A stretch of DNA of 64,000 nt from Actinomycetota bacterium (GTDB taxonomy: Bacteria > Actinomycetota > Actinomycetes > S36-B12 > UBA5976): assembly GCA_947448865.1 (NCBI GenBank), contig CANFOW010000002.1, forward strand, positions 5,621-69,620, read 5' to 3'. The translations under genes were made by a program, and so were the position numbers. Positions 19,774 through 29,690 of the stretch are shown in pieces. The number at the start of each line of letters is the position of its first letter. Positions within the stretch are counted from its first letter, which is position 1. The notes below the pieces were generated by a model. It was not told the origin of the DNA. It did not search any database and saw only the letters and a program-made list of their open reading frames with translations.

Positions 19774-20421
19774 TTAAGCGCGAGCAGGCTTTACAACTGT
19801 GTCGTAAAGGAAGGCCGCCACTAGTGCGCCGGCGATTGGACCAACGGTCCATACCACGGCGTTGCTGAGGTCACCGTTAACAAGTGCTGGGCCAAGCCAA
19901 CGTGCTGGGTTAAGAGCAGCACCGGTTGCAGGACCAATGGTCATGATTCCGCCAGTGATAGCTAAACCGATTGGTAGTCCACCAACAACATTGAAGCTGC
20001 CTGCCTTGTCAGCAGCAACACCCATGATGGTGATCATCAAAATAAAGGTTGCAATCGCTTCCATAAGGATTCCGGTTGACACATTTGTGGTCGTTCCAAG
20101 TGCTGGAACTCCAGCAAAGCTTCCGTATGCCATTTTAGGAATAAGTGCAGCAAGTGCTCCACCAAGTACCTGGGCAACAATGTAAGCGCCAGCATCGGTA
20201 GGCGTAATGCGCTTGGTAGCCGCCATAGCAATTGTGACGGCTGGATTGAAGTGTCCACCTGAAATGTGGCCAAAGGCGCTCACTGCGACGAAAATTGCGA
20301 TGCCGTGTGCCAAAGCAACTCCTAAGAGGTCAACACCATTGGTAATTGCGCCAATGCCGAAGCCACAGAGGAAAAAGACGCCGAGGAATTCGGCGAGTAG
20401 ACGCGCTGGTGCGTTTTTCAT
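19774..20421 (-). CDS. Aquaporin (MIP family)
   Basis: SGGHFNPAVT and LNPAR NPA boxes; AAGGAG RBS before ATG 20421. Confidence 0.93.
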   Translation of the reverse strand: MKNAPARLLAEFLGVFFLCGFGIGAITNGVDLLGVALAHGIAIFVAVSAFGHISGGHFNPAVTIAMAATKRITPTDAGAYIVAQVLGGALAALIPKMAYGSFAGVPALGTTTNVSTGILMEAIATFILMITIMGVAADKAGSFNVVGGLPIGLAITGGIMTIGPATGAALNPARWLGPALVNGDLSNAVVWTVGPIAGALVAAFLYDTVVKPARA

Positions 20422-20590
20422 TGATAGTTCTCCTTGGGTAGGAAGATTCGCTCGGAGCGAAATCATTTGTTTCAGGCTACCGATGCTCGATATCGAAGGT
20501 GCTGACCTTCATCGGCGAGTCGCAGTGAAATTACGGTGAACGCAGCAGCGGATTTACATCGCACAAACGACTTTTTGCGTAAGTGAGCGA

Positions 20591-21370
20591 CTAGAGACCT
20601 GGCTTGCGCTCAGGAACCACGATTGGCCCTCGGGAATCTTCTACGATTCGCACGTGTGCGCCATATGTTTTCAGAATGCGCTCAACGGTGAGGACTTCTT
20701 GTGCGCTTCCCTGAACTGCAATGCTGCCGTGGGACAGCATCATCAACGAGTCAGGGTAGAGACCAGACACTGTGAGATCGTGCATGGTTGAAATGACTGC
20801 GATTTTTTGTTCATGTCGGAGTCGGTCGATTAGCTCAAGGACATCCTGTTGGTATCCGATGTCTAATGCCGTTGTCGGTTCATCAAGCAGAACTATCGGG
20901 CTCGCCTGGGCGAGTGCTCGCGCAATCGCAACGCGTTGACGCTCGCCGCCTGACAGTGTAGCCACATCCCGGTGTGCAAACTCTTGTAATGCAAGTTCAT
21001 CAATAACAAACTGAGTGACTTCAAAATCTTTAGGACTTTCGCTGGCTAAAAGTCGAAGATGAGCTGTGCGACCCAGCATGATGTAGTCAAATACCCGCAT
21101 GCCACTTGGCATGACTGGTTCTTGCGCTACATAGGCAATCCAACAAGCACGATCTCGGGGAGCCATTGTGCGCAAGTGAGTGCCATCAATAAGTAGGTCG
21201 CCAGTCGAAGGAATGATTCCAGCAATCGCACGCAGCAGCGTTGATTTGCCGGCGCCATTGGGACCGATGATGCAAAGCCACTCTCCGGTGCTGACTGAAA
21301 ATGACACATCGTCAACGATTTTCTTTGAAGCAATTTCGACGTCCAGGTGGGACAACGTCAGTGTTGTCAT
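20591..21370 (-). CDS. Cobalamin/Fe-siderophore ABC transporter ATP-binding protein
   Basis: GPNGAGKS, LSGGERQR, LLDEPT, MHDL. Confidence 0.92.
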   Translation of the reverse strand: MTTLTLSHLDVEIASKKIVDDVSFSVSTGEWLCIIGPNGAGKSTLLRAIAGIIPSTGDLLIDGTHLRTMAPRDRACWIAYVAQEPVMPSGMRVFDYIMLGRTAHLRLLASESPKDFEVTQFVIDELALQEFAHRDVATLSGGERQRVAIARALAQASPIVLLDEPTTALDIGYQQDVLELIDRLRHEQKIAVISTMHDLTVSGLYPDSLMMLSHGSIAVQGSAQEVLTVERILKTYGAHVRIVEDSRGPIVVPERKPGL

Positions 21371-22413
21371 GTGAGATCACCCTGACGGCTTGAGCCAAGG
21401 ACAAAGAGAAAGAATGGCGCTCCGATAAGTGCAGTAACAACGCCAATTGGAATTTCCTGTGGAGCGAGCGCCGTGCGCGCGACAATGTCCGCACACACAA
21501 GAAACACTCCGCCATACATTGCAGTCTGTGGAAGTAGGCGACGATAACTATTTCCCATAATGAGTCGCAGAGAATGCGGAACAATAATTCCGACGAACCC
21601 AATGAGCCCAGTAACAGAAACTGCAGCAGCTGTTCCAAGAGAAGCAGCAATGATGATGGCAGCACGTGCTCGTGCCACTGGTAGTCCCATCGTGAGTGCT
21701 TCTTCGTCACCGACTGCGAAAACATCGAGCACCCGACGATATTGGAACAGCACAACCAGGCAGATCACGATGTACGGTGCAACAAGTTGAACATCCGACC
21801 AACCCGACGTCGAGAGACGACCAAGTATCCAGCCGTATACCTCGCGAATTTTGTCCGAGTTGCGTTGTTGCACCAAGGTCTGGATTGCGGTCAACATACT
21901 TGCTACTGCAACGCCGGCAAGCACGAGAGAAGTTGCCGAGCGGCCAACGAGTGCCGATCGTCCAAGCGTGTAGGTGAGACCAACTGCAATCATTGCGCCG
22001 GTAAAGGCTGCTAAGGGGAGAAGCCAATGAACGCTATGGCTGTTCGTTACAACAATGCACGTAGTTGCGCCTAGTCCAGCTCCTGCCGAAACTCCTAAGA
22101 GGTAGGGGTCTGCCAGCGGGTTACGAAACGTACCTTGATATGAACAGCCACTGGTTGAGAGCATGGCTCCTACGAGTAGCGCAAGCACGATTCGCGGAAA
22201 ACGTAAATCCCAAATGATGGCAGAGTCACTCGCTGATGCTGATGTTGACACATGAAAACCAGGGATGTGATTAACGATTACGGCGAGTGCATCCAGAGGC
22301 GCAATGTGCACCGCTCCGATACACACTCCCGAGATGACTGCAGCGACAACAGCGAACGCGCCCACAAGCCACACTCGAGGTGTGGTGTGCCGCGCGTTCA
22401 CTGTGTGCATCAT
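21367..22413 (-). CDS. FecCD/BtuC-type ABC permease
   Basis: RFPRI, FRNPLADPYLLG, IGFVG, EIPIGVVT. Confidence 0.93.
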   Translation of the reverse strand: MMHTVNARHTTPRVWLVGAFAVVAAVISGVCIGAVHIAPLDALAVIVNHIPGFHVSTSASASDSAIIWDLRFPRIVLALLVGAMLSTSGCSYQGTFRNPLADPYLLGVSAGAGLGATTCIVVTNSHSVHWLLPLAAFTGAMIAVGLTYTLGRSALVGRSATSLVLAGVAVASMLTAIQTLVQQRNSDKIREVYGWILGRLSTSGWSDVQLVAPYIVICLVVLFQYRRVLDVFAVGDEEALTMGLPVARARAAIIIAASLGTAAAVSVTGLIGFVGIIVPHSLRLIMGNSYRRLLPQTAMYGGVFLVCADIVARTALAPQEIPIGVVTALIGAPFFLFVLGSSRQGDLT

Positions 22414-22416
22414 GAG

Positions 22417-23349
22417 TTACTTTCCAGCAGCCTTATTCACGGCTGTTACAATTGCGGTTACCAAGTCGACGGTACGTGGTCCCCATCGACTTGAGATGTC
22501 ATCGTCAATCAATGTCGCATTGCCGTTGGTCACTGCCTTCAATGCACCCATACCTGGTCGCTTTGCTAACTCCACTGCAGTAACGGAGCAGCACGTGTTA
22601 TCAGCTAAGAAAATCAGGTCGGGATCAGCCTTCACGATGAACTCTGCCGATAACTGCGGATACCCGGAACTCGCGTCTGGCGCTGCGTCTGCGATGTTAA
22701 CTAAACCAGCCATTGCGTAGATAGAACCGATGAATGTTGCTGAAGTGACCGTGTACATCGTGTTGTCGAGCTCATGATAAAAAGTCAGGCCATGTGCCTT
22801 AGGTGAAAGCAACGCAATCTGTTCATCGATTTTCGACTTCATGCTCGTTGCAAGCAATTCGGCTTCAGTTGCGTGATCGGTAACTACACCAAGTTCGTTG
22901 ATTTGTGCGTACGTGTCTTCAAGAGTTGTAGCAGCCGGTTCAACTAACACTGGAATCTGTGCAGTACGAAGCGACGAAACAATGTTGTCAATGTCGTTAC
23001 TCACGACGACCAGATCAGGGTGCTTGGCAACAATGGCTTCCAAATTGGGAGTGAACCCAGAAAGGTCTGAAATTGGTGCGTCAGTAGGGAATGTTGACTG
23101 ATCGTCAACTGCGATTACTTGCTGACCTGCGCCAATCGCGAAAAGCATTTCCGTAGCAGTGGGCGAGAGCGAAATAATTGCCTTGGGTGCAGCGTCGAAG
23201 GTGACTTCGGCGTTGTTATTTGACACCGTGAGCGGGAACGCTGCTTGCGCGGCACTCGTGGCTGGTATTACGGGTTCGTTATTACGACCGCATGCGGTAA
23301 GCGCTAGTGCGCAAACGACTGCAACGGCCACAAGTGATTTGGATTTCAC
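22417..23349 (-). CDS. BtuF-like cobalamin-binding lipoprotein
   Basis: LTAC lipobox, SLSPTATEMLFAIG, SRWGPR; AAGGAG RBS before GTG; riboswitch upstream. Confidence 0.9.
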   Translation of the reverse strand: MKSKSLVAVAVVCALALTACGRNNEPVIPATSAAQAAFPLTVSNNNAEVTFDAAPKAIISLSPTATEMLFAIGAGQQVIAVDDQSTFPTDAPISDLSGFTPNLEAIVAKHPDLVVVSNDIDNIVSSLRTAQIPVLVEPAATTLEDTYAQINELGVVTDHATEAELLATSMKSKIDEQIALLSPKAHGLTFYHELDNTMYTVTSATFIGSIYAMAGLVNIADAAPDASSGYPQLSAEFIVKADPDLIFLADNTCCSVTAVELAKRPGMGALKAVTNGNATLIDDDISSRWGPRTVDLVTAIVTAVNKAAGK

Positions 23350-23435
23350 GGTTCTCCTTGTAGGCCGAAGAATATTCCGGCGACCACGAGGATTCCTCAA
23401 GGACCGACGAACTCTTCCTCGAGAGTTGTAATGGC

Positions 23436-23527
23436 AACCGCGCCAATAGGCGACCTGGCTAGTGGAGAACCACATCACAGTTGCGGGACAGCGTCGGATT
23501 CACACCGACTTCGCTATCAACGCGGTA
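23436..23527 (-). ncRNA. Cobalamin riboswitch
   Basis: Minus strand GAAGTCGGTGTGAATCCGACGCTGTCCCGCAACTGTGA...AGCCAGGTCGCC B12-box, closed by an ACCGCG/CGCGGT stem. Confidence 0.93.
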
Positions 23528-23581
23528 GTGCGACAGTAGCACAGTGACATTTCGTCACTGAGGTAGGTAGAAGAATTCCCT

Positions 23582-23800
23582 CTAGTCAGTCACGGGATGC
23601 AGAGACATTGGTCCATAGACGAACCGATCACCTTCGTACAAACTCACGGCATCAACTCCGCCGTCGAGTAATTCACGCCACGCTTCTCCGATGTAGTTTT
23701 CGGCATCACTTTGAGTAAGAAAATCTGTTGTTGTTGCCGAGTCAGGAATTGACGCAGCCGGGCCACCGTCTGCATTCTGATAAACCCATAACCAACCCAT
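23582..23800 (-). CDS. Small conserved actinobacterial hypothetical protein
   Basis: 72 aa, FLTQSDAENYIGEAWRELLDGGV...YGPMSL; GAAGG RBS, directly after the AKR gene. Confidence 0.78.
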   Translation of the reverse strand: MGWLWVYQNADGGPAASIPDSATTTDFLTQSDAENYIGEAWRELLDGGVDAVSLYEGDRFVYGPMSLHPVTD

Positions 23801-23802
23801 GA

Positions 23803-24804
23803 CTAAGGCCTTCCTTCGGGCGACTTTGTTTGTGCTGGATCGCGCTCAATAAGTCCATCAAGTGCACGATCGATTGCGTCGAGTGTTTCCTTCGCAAGGA
23901 CGACACCGCTTGCAGCCACGGCTTCTGTGACTTGCTCCGGACGAGATGCACCCACAATTGCGGAAGACACGTTCTTGTTCTGAAGTACCCATGCGACAGC
24001 AAGTTGAGCCATTGTCAGACCTGCTTCGGCTGCGATTGGCTTGAGTGTTTGGACTGCAGTCAGGACATCGTCTTGGAGCCAGCGCTGAATAAAGCCAGCG
24101 CCTTCCTCGTTAGCAGCACGTGATCCCGCAGGTGCAGCTTGTCCTGGCAGGTACTTGCCGGTGAGCACACCTTGCGCAATTGGGGACCACACGATATGAC
24201 CGATTCCGTATTCAACGCATTGCGGATCTACTTCTTTTTCAATAACTCGCCACAGCATTGAGTACTGAGGCTGACTTGAAATGAAGTGATCAAATCCCAT
24301 TTGTTCTGCAATCTCGTGAGCAGCGCGAATTTCTTCAGCACGCCATTCAGAAAAGCCGATGTAGTGGACTTTGCCTTGACGAATTAAGTCATCGAATGCA
24401 CGCAGAGTTTCTTCAAGCGGCGTGTTGTAGTCAAAGCGATGTGCTTGATACAGATCGATGTAGTCAGTCTGCAATCGTTTCAAAGATGCATTGCATGATT
24501 CCATGATGTGTTTGCGAGACAGCCCACTGTCGTTGCGTTGGCGTGGGCCTGTTGGGAAATAAACCTTGGTGAAAATTTCTAATGATTCGCGACGCAATCC
24601 GTGTAGCGCACGACCAAGCACCGACTCAGCTGCGGTATTGGCATACACATCGGCAGTATCAAATGTTGTGATGCCCGCATCAAGTGCAGCAGAGACACAT
24701 GCCTTTGCGGTGTCCTCTTCAATTTGTGAACCATGCGTAAGCCAGTTCCCATAAGAAATTTCCGAGATTTGAAGTCCACTGTTACCGAGGTATCTAAATT
24801 CCAT
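23803..24804 (-). CDS. Aldo/keto reductase (Kv-beta-like)
   Basis: YGNWLTHG, DTADVYA, GLSRKHI, WSPIAQGVLTGKY. Confidence 0.93.
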   Translation of the reverse strand: MEFRYLGNSGLQISEISYGNWLTHGSQIEEDTAKACVSAALDAGITTFDTADVYANTAAESVLGRALHGLRRESLEIFTKVYFPTGPRQRNDSGLSRKHIMESCNASLKRLQTDYIDLYQAHRFDYNTPLEETLRAFDDLIRQGKVHYIGFSEWRAEEIRAAHEIAEQMGFDHFISSQPQYSMLWRVIEKEVDPQCVEYGIGHIVWSPIAQGVLTGKYLPGQAAPAGSRAANEEGAGFIQRWLQDDVLTAVQTLKPIAAEAGLTMAQLAVAWVLQNKNVSSAIVGASRPEQVTEAVAASGVVLAKETLDAIDRALDGLIERDPAQTKSPEGRP

Positions 24805-24848
24805 GATTCAGACACTACTGTGCGAGCAAATAATTAGCAGGTCAGTGC

Positions 24849-25421
24849 TTACGCAGCAGACTTCCCACGTGGCTTTGCTGGTCGTCCGCCTGGTCCTAGG
24901 CGAGCTGGCGGAATGCGGAATCGTCGCATTTGCATAGCTCGCAATACGCCGTATGACACGGCTCCCTTGCGCTCGGACTTTTCGGGGAATGTCTTTTTTA
25001 ATTTAAAGCTGAGCATGAGTCCGACAATAAACGTGTCCACAACCACCATGATTAACATCGCAGTCCACCCAAACAGCACAACCTTTTGAATCGTCTTACC
25101 GGGAACTAGTCCGCCGATTAACACTAAGAAAGCAGCCGGGACAAACACTTCACCGATTGTTCGACGTGAGTCAATAGTGTCGCGCACGAGTTCTTTTACT
25201 GGACCACGATCACGCGCCGGAAAGAAGCGGGTGTCGCCGGCCATGAGGCCAGCGCGAGCTTCGGTGCGTGCCACGCGATCGCGCTCACGGGCTGCTTTGC
25301 GCGCTGCCTTGGGATCTTTGGGAACAGTAAGCCCCTTTTGACGCGCTGCTTGCGCATCTTTGCGCTTGGGCGTAGGTCGGCCTTTGCCGTCCTCCGGTGA
25401 CATGTCTTTTCCTATGGTCAT
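24849..25421 (-). CDS. DUF3043 family membrane protein
   Basis: GKGRPTPKRK, RDRGPV, two TM segments, RAMQMRRFRIP. Confidence 0.88.
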   Translation of the reverse strand: MTIGKDMSPEDGKGRPTPKRKDAQAARQKGLTVPKDPKAARKAARERDRVARTEARAGLMAGDTRFFPARDRGPVKELVRDTIDSRRTIGEVFVPAAFLVLIGGLVPGKTIQKVVLFGWTAMLIMVVVDTFIVGLMLSFKLKKTFPEKSERKGAVSYGVLRAMQMRRFRIPPARLGPGGRPAKPRGKSAA

Positions 25422-25445
25422 AGCGCTCAATGCTAGTCTGCCGAC

Positions 25446-26558
25446 GTGCGCGTCATGATGTCCCCAGACTGTTTCACCGGCACGATGTCTGCTGATGAAG
25501 CAGCGGCTGCTATGAGTGCAGGCTGGCTAGATACCTGCGGCGACGACCAGGTAGAGATCATCCCGCTATCTGATGGCGGCCCAGGATTTATTGACTCTGT
25601 GGTTCGAGGTCTTGGAGCCACGCGTCAGTTCGCAAGTGTGCGCGGTCCGTTAGGTGACAACGTTGTTGCGCAATACGCGATCCTAGGCACTCAGGCATGG
25701 ATTGAATCTGCTCAAGCATGTGGTTTGAACCTGATCGAAAGTGACGATCGAAATCCGCGGATCACCTCGACCTATGGTGTGGGGGAATTGATTCGGGCGG
25801 CGGTTGAGGCAGGGTGTCGAACTGTCACAGTCGGATTAGGTGGAACAGGTACCAATGATGGTGGTGCGGGAGCGCTTGCCGCACTTGGAGCAGTGTGCAC
25901 CGGAGGCACTCTGTCAGGTGGGGGTTCGGGATTGCTCGAACTTGAGTCAGTTGATTTAGCTCTAGCAGTTGAATTACTTTCTGATGTCACGCTGATCATT
26001 GCGACGGATGTTGATAATCCGCTTTTGGGATTGCGTGGCGCAACAAACACGTTCGCCCGACAAAAAGGTGCTGATGACGACGACATCATGCACCTCGAAG
26101 GTGCCATGGAACGCTTCGCAAAACTGTGCGCAAAGCGACCAGATGGCAAAGATCCGGCTGTCGCACTGGGCGCAGGCGCTGCTGGCGGTCTGGGATATGG
26201 CCTGCTGCACTTAGGTGCTTCTCGGGTTGCGGGCATTGACACCGTGTTGGACATAGTTGGATTCGATGACCTATTGCGCTCGTGCGACCTAGTTATTACT
26301 GGCGAAGGTTGCCTTGATGACCAGAGCCTGTCGGGCAAAGTTGTTGCAGGAGTTGCCCAAAGGGCGCGCACAATCGGAAAGCCGTGCGTTGCGATTTCAG
26401 GTGTGGTTCGTCTTGGTAAACGCGAAGCGTCAACAGCGGGCATTGACTCCACATACTCAATGTCTGAATTAGTTGGCATAGAAAAGTCAATGAGTGAGCC
26501 ACAAGTTGCTTTGCGTGAGGTCACAGCCCGAGTTGCCAAGACATGGGGTCGACTATGA
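25446..26558 (+). CDS. Glycerate kinase
   Basis: PDCFTGTM, LSDGGPG, GGTGTNDGGAG, GAAGGLG, TGEG. Confidence 0.92.
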   Translation: MRVMMSPDCFTGTMSADEAAAAMSAGWLDTCGDDQVEIIPLSDGGPGFIDSVVRGLGATRQFASVRGPLGDNVVAQYAILGTQAWIESAQACGLNLIESDDRNPRITSTYGVGELIRAAVEAGCRTVTVGLGGTGTNDGGAGALAALGAVCTGGTLSGGGSGLLELESVDLALAVELLSDVTLIIATDVDNPLLGLRGATNTFARQKGADDDDIMHLEGAMERFAKLCAKRPDGKDPAVALGAGAAGGLGYGLLHLGASRVAGIDTVLDIVGFDDLLRSCDLVITGEGCLDDQSLSGKVVAGVAQRARTIGKPCVAISGVVRLGKREASTAGIDSTYSMSELVGIEKSMSEPQVALREVTARVAKTWGRL

Positions 26559-26642
26559 GTCGCACGGAATAATTTCTCTGGCACAATGGTTATTACGTAC
26601 CTAGAGAATTCGCAGCAGGCGAGTTAACTGCCAAGGAGTGTC

Positions 26643-26987
26643 ATGAGCCAGGAAACCACCACAAGCACTGTGGAACTTACGCCAGTTGCTGCAGGAAAAG
26701 TTAAGACCCTTCTTGCCCAAGAGGGACGAGATGACCTCAACCTTCGCATTGCAGTTCAGCCTGGTGGTTGCTCTGGTTTGCGTTACCAACTGTTCTTTGA
26801 CGATCGCAAACTCGAAGGCGACACCCGTTTGGAAATTGACGGCGTTGGAGTCGTTGTAGACCGCATGAGCGTGCCTTACCTCGGCGGCGCAGTTATTGAT
26901 TTCGTTGACACAATCGAAAAGCAAGGCTTCACGATTGATAATCCAAACGCCACAGGTTCATGTGCGTGTGGAGATTCATTCAGCTAA
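26643..26987 (+). CDS. erpA: Fe-S cluster insertion protein, HesB/IscA family
   Basis: GGCSG and CACGDSF. Confidence 0.93.
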   Translation: MSQETTTSTVELTPVAAGKVKTLLAQEGRDDLNLRIAVQPGGCSGLRYQLFFDDRKLEGDTRLEIDGVGVVVDRMSVPYLGGAVIDFVDTIEKQGFTIDNPNATGSCACGDSFS

Positions 26988-27002
26988 ACCCACTCTTTGA
27001 TT

Positions 27003-27035
27003 AAGGCCCTGCAACTTCGCGGTTGTGGGGCCTTT
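27003..27035 (+). terminator. Intrinsic terminator
   Basis: AAGGCCCTGCAAC/GTTGTGGGGCCTT hairpin after erpA. Confidence 0.7.
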
Positions 27036-27055
27036 CAACGTTATGCTCTTGTGTC

Positions 27056-28042
27056 GTGCGCATTGCGATAACGGGGTCTGTAGCCACCGACCACCTCATG
27101 ACGTTTCCAGGCAAGTTCAATGATTCGCTCATGGCAGATCAATTGCACAACGTCTCACTTTCGTTTCTAGTCGACGACCTTCAAATTCGCCAAGGTGGAG
27201 TAGCCGCCAACATTTGCTTTGGTATGGGCGTACTTGGCGGGAACCCCATTTTGGTTGCCGCGGTGGGTCATGATTTTGACGATTACCGATTGTGGTTGGA
27301 AGACCACGGGGTTGATTGCACACAGGTCCACACGTCCACAAAAGCTCATACTGCGCGCTTTATGTGTACAACCGACCAAGAGCAAAACCAAATTGCTTCG
27401 TTTTATCCAGGCGCTATGTCTGAGTCAGGCGAACTTGATATTGCTGTTGTTCAGTCTCGCCTCGGTGGGCTAGACATGGTGCTCATTGGTGCCGATGATC
27501 CTGAAGCGATGATCAAGCACACGAACACTTGCAAGGAGTTGGGAATTGCTTTCATTGCAGATCCGTCTCAACAACTACCTCGTCTGAACAGCGACCAAAC
27601 TCGTGCAATTGTCGATGGTGCTGCGTTTCTTTTTAACAACGAATACGAAGCTCAACTGATTGAACAACGCACAGGTTGGTCACACGAAGAAATTCTTGAT
27701 CGCGTACACGTCCGAGTAACTACTCGCGGCAAAGATGGTGCTCATCTCACATCCCGCGATGGCCTAGACATTGTGGTTCCGGTAGCGCAAGAAAAATCAA
27801 TTAAAGATCCAACAGGTGTTGGAGATGCGTTTCGTGCCGGCTTCTTGATGGGTCTGGAATGGGATCAATCCGTTGAACGCAGTGCTCAAGTTGGCGCACT
27901 GCTTGCGACCTACGTCATTGAGACTGTAGGAACCCAGGAATTTACGTTATCTAAAACGGGTTTCTTGGATCGCCTTGCCCGGGCTTACGGACAACAATCC
28001 GCCGATGACATTCGCGACCATCTCATTTGTCATCATCCGTGA
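27056..28042 (+). CDS. adoK: PfkB family kinase (adenosine kinase-like)
   Basis: GSVATDHLM, GGVAANI, DPSQQL, DPTGVGDAFRAG. Confidence 0.85.
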   Translation: MRIAITGSVATDHLMTFPGKFNDSLMADQLHNVSLSFLVDDLQIRQGGVAANICFGMGVLGGNPILVAAVGHDFDDYRLWLEDHGVDCTQVHTSTKAHTARFMCTTDQEQNQIASFYPGAMSESGELDIAVVQSRLGGLDMVLIGADDPEAMIKHTNTCKELGIAFIADPSQQLPRLNSDQTRAIVDGAAFLFNNEYEAQLIEQRTGWSHEEILDRVHVRVTTRGKDGAHLTSRDGLDIVVPVAQEKSIKDPTGVGDAFRAGFLMGLEWDQSVERSAQVGALLATYVIETVGTQEFTLSKTGFLDRLARAYGQQSADDIRDHLICHHP

Positions 28043-28761
28043 TTGATTTTCCCAACCCTGTTCTCGCTCCGCAGGACGAGGACCTCGTGGCAATAAGTCA
28101 GTTTTCGCTAGCTGGCGAACTCCTGGCCATGAATCCGGACCTGATCTGGCCCAAGCAGACGGTGTTTGGAAGTTCGTGGGATGTCGAGGTAATCCACGAG
28201 GCATATCGCAGAGGAATGTTTCCGATGCCATTTGAAATAGATGGGCGAAACGATGCCATTGGCTGGTGGTCGCCGAGTATTCGCGCTGTCTTTCGACCTG
28301 AAACATTTAAACCATCGACCTCAACAGTGAAAGCCGCCCGCTCATTCACAGTTTCGTGTGACACTGCGTTTGAATCCGTTGTGCGAGCCTGCGCCGACCC
28401 ACGTCGAGACCATGGCTGGATTGATGAACATGTTGTGGCTACGTACTGCGAGCTGCACTCTCGTGGGCAAGCGCATTCAGTAGAAGTCTGGCAATCCGGG
28501 CACCTGGTTGGCGGCCTGTATGGGGTGGAAATCGGAAGCGTTTTCGCAGGTGAATCCATGTTTCACACGGTCACAAACGCATCAAAAGTGGCGCTCATGG
28601 CATTAATGTCACTGCTTAACGATGGCGCCCGCAGACTAGTTGATGCCCAATGGATGACTGCGCACCTTAAGTCGCTTGGCGCAATCTCACTAACCCGCGA
28701 AGAATACTGTCGCGAGCTTGCTCAATTGCGCGATGAAAAACCAGCAATTTTCGCAATGTGA
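28039..28761 (+). CDS. aat: Leucyl/phenylalanyl-tRNA--protein transferase
   Basis: AYRRGMFPM, WWSP, AHSVEVW, GGLYG, FAGESMF, ASKVAL. Confidence 0.92.
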   Translation: MIDFPNPVLAPQDEDLVAISQFSLAGELLAMNPDLIWPKQTVFGSSWDVEVIHEAYRRGMFPMPFEIDGRNDAIGWWSPSIRAVFRPETFKPSTSTVKAARSFTVSCDTAFESVVRACADPRRDHGWIDEHVVATYCELHSRGQAHSVEVWQSGHLVGGLYGVEIGSVFAGESMFHTVTNASKVALMALMSLLNDGARRLVDAQWMTAHLKSLGAISLTREEYCRELAQLRDEKPAIFAM

Positions 28762-28889
28762 TTTACCTCCTACAGCACGCCCAAAGTGAGCAATCTCAAG
28801 GCTTTGCGGTAGTGTTCAAGCAGATAGATGTACCCCGCCGTGAGCATGCACAGCACGCTTGTGGCGCGAGCCCAGAGGATAAATCTTTA

Positions 28890-29690
28890 GTGAAGAAGAC
28901 ACCGCGTCGAGCGCGAATTGGGTCGCTCCTAGCTATCATCGCAGGAACTGTTCTGTTGTCTGGTTGCTCCAATGACACCGAATTGGGACGAATTGGTTTC
29001 CCGGCACCCGCCACACAAGAAGGCCCACGCATGCTGAGCCTGTGGCAAGGCTCGTGGATTGCTGCTGGCATTGTTGGCGTTCTCGTATGGGGCTTGTTGA
29101 TTTGGGCCATCGTTGTGTATCGACGACGCGAAGGCGATACCTACCCGGCACAAACTCGTTACAACGTGCCAATTGAAATCGCTTACACAATTGCACCGCT
29201 CATCATGATTTTGGGTCTTTTTTACTTCACGGCACGCGATCAGGCGATTCTGACAAAGGTTTCAGCCGACAACACCCACAGCGTCAATGTTGTGGGATGG
29301 CGTTGGTCATGGGCGTTTAACTACACCGAAGAAGGCGCCTACGACGTAGGTACACCAGGTGAACGTCCAGTTCTGTGGTTGCCAGTTGATGAAAAAGTGA
29401 AGTTTGTTTTAACGTCACCTGATGTAATCCACTCCTTTTGGGTTCCAGCATTTCTCATGAAAATGGACGTCGTCCCTGGCCGTCACAACACGTTCGAAGT
29501 CACTCCAAACAAGTTGGGAACATACGCAGGTAAGTGTGCCGAGTTGTGTGGTGTTGACCATTCCCGCATGTTGTTTGAGGTCAAGGTTGTAACGCGAGCG
29601 GAATATGACGCACACATCGCAGATTTGAAATTACGCGGACAAGTTGGTTCTTTAGATAACGGTCGATCACCAATAGCAGGAGAATCCTGA
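28890..29690 (+). CDS. ctaC: Cytochrome c oxidase subunit II
   Basis: LSGC lipobox, [19 protein letters not shown] CuA motif. Confidence 0.95.
   Translation: MKKTPRRARIGSLLAIIAGTVLLSGCSNDTELGRIGFPAPATQEGPRMLSLWQGSWIAAGIVGVLVWGLLIWAIVVYRRREGDTYPAQTRYNVPIEIAYTIAPLIMILGLFYFTARDQAILTKVSADNTHSVNVVGWRWSWAFNYTEEGAYDVGTPGERPVLWLPVDEKVKFVLTSPDVIHSFWVPAFLMKMDVVPGRHNTFEVTPNKLGTYAGKCAELCGVDHSRMLFEVKVVTRAEYDAHIADLKLRGQVGSLDNGRSPIAGES

Noticed and set aside
25772-26584. 270-aa antisense ORF (similarly 15026-15550, 17119-17727, 42388-43005)
   Set aside because: Shadow ORFs opposite well-supported genes, with biased composition and no motifs
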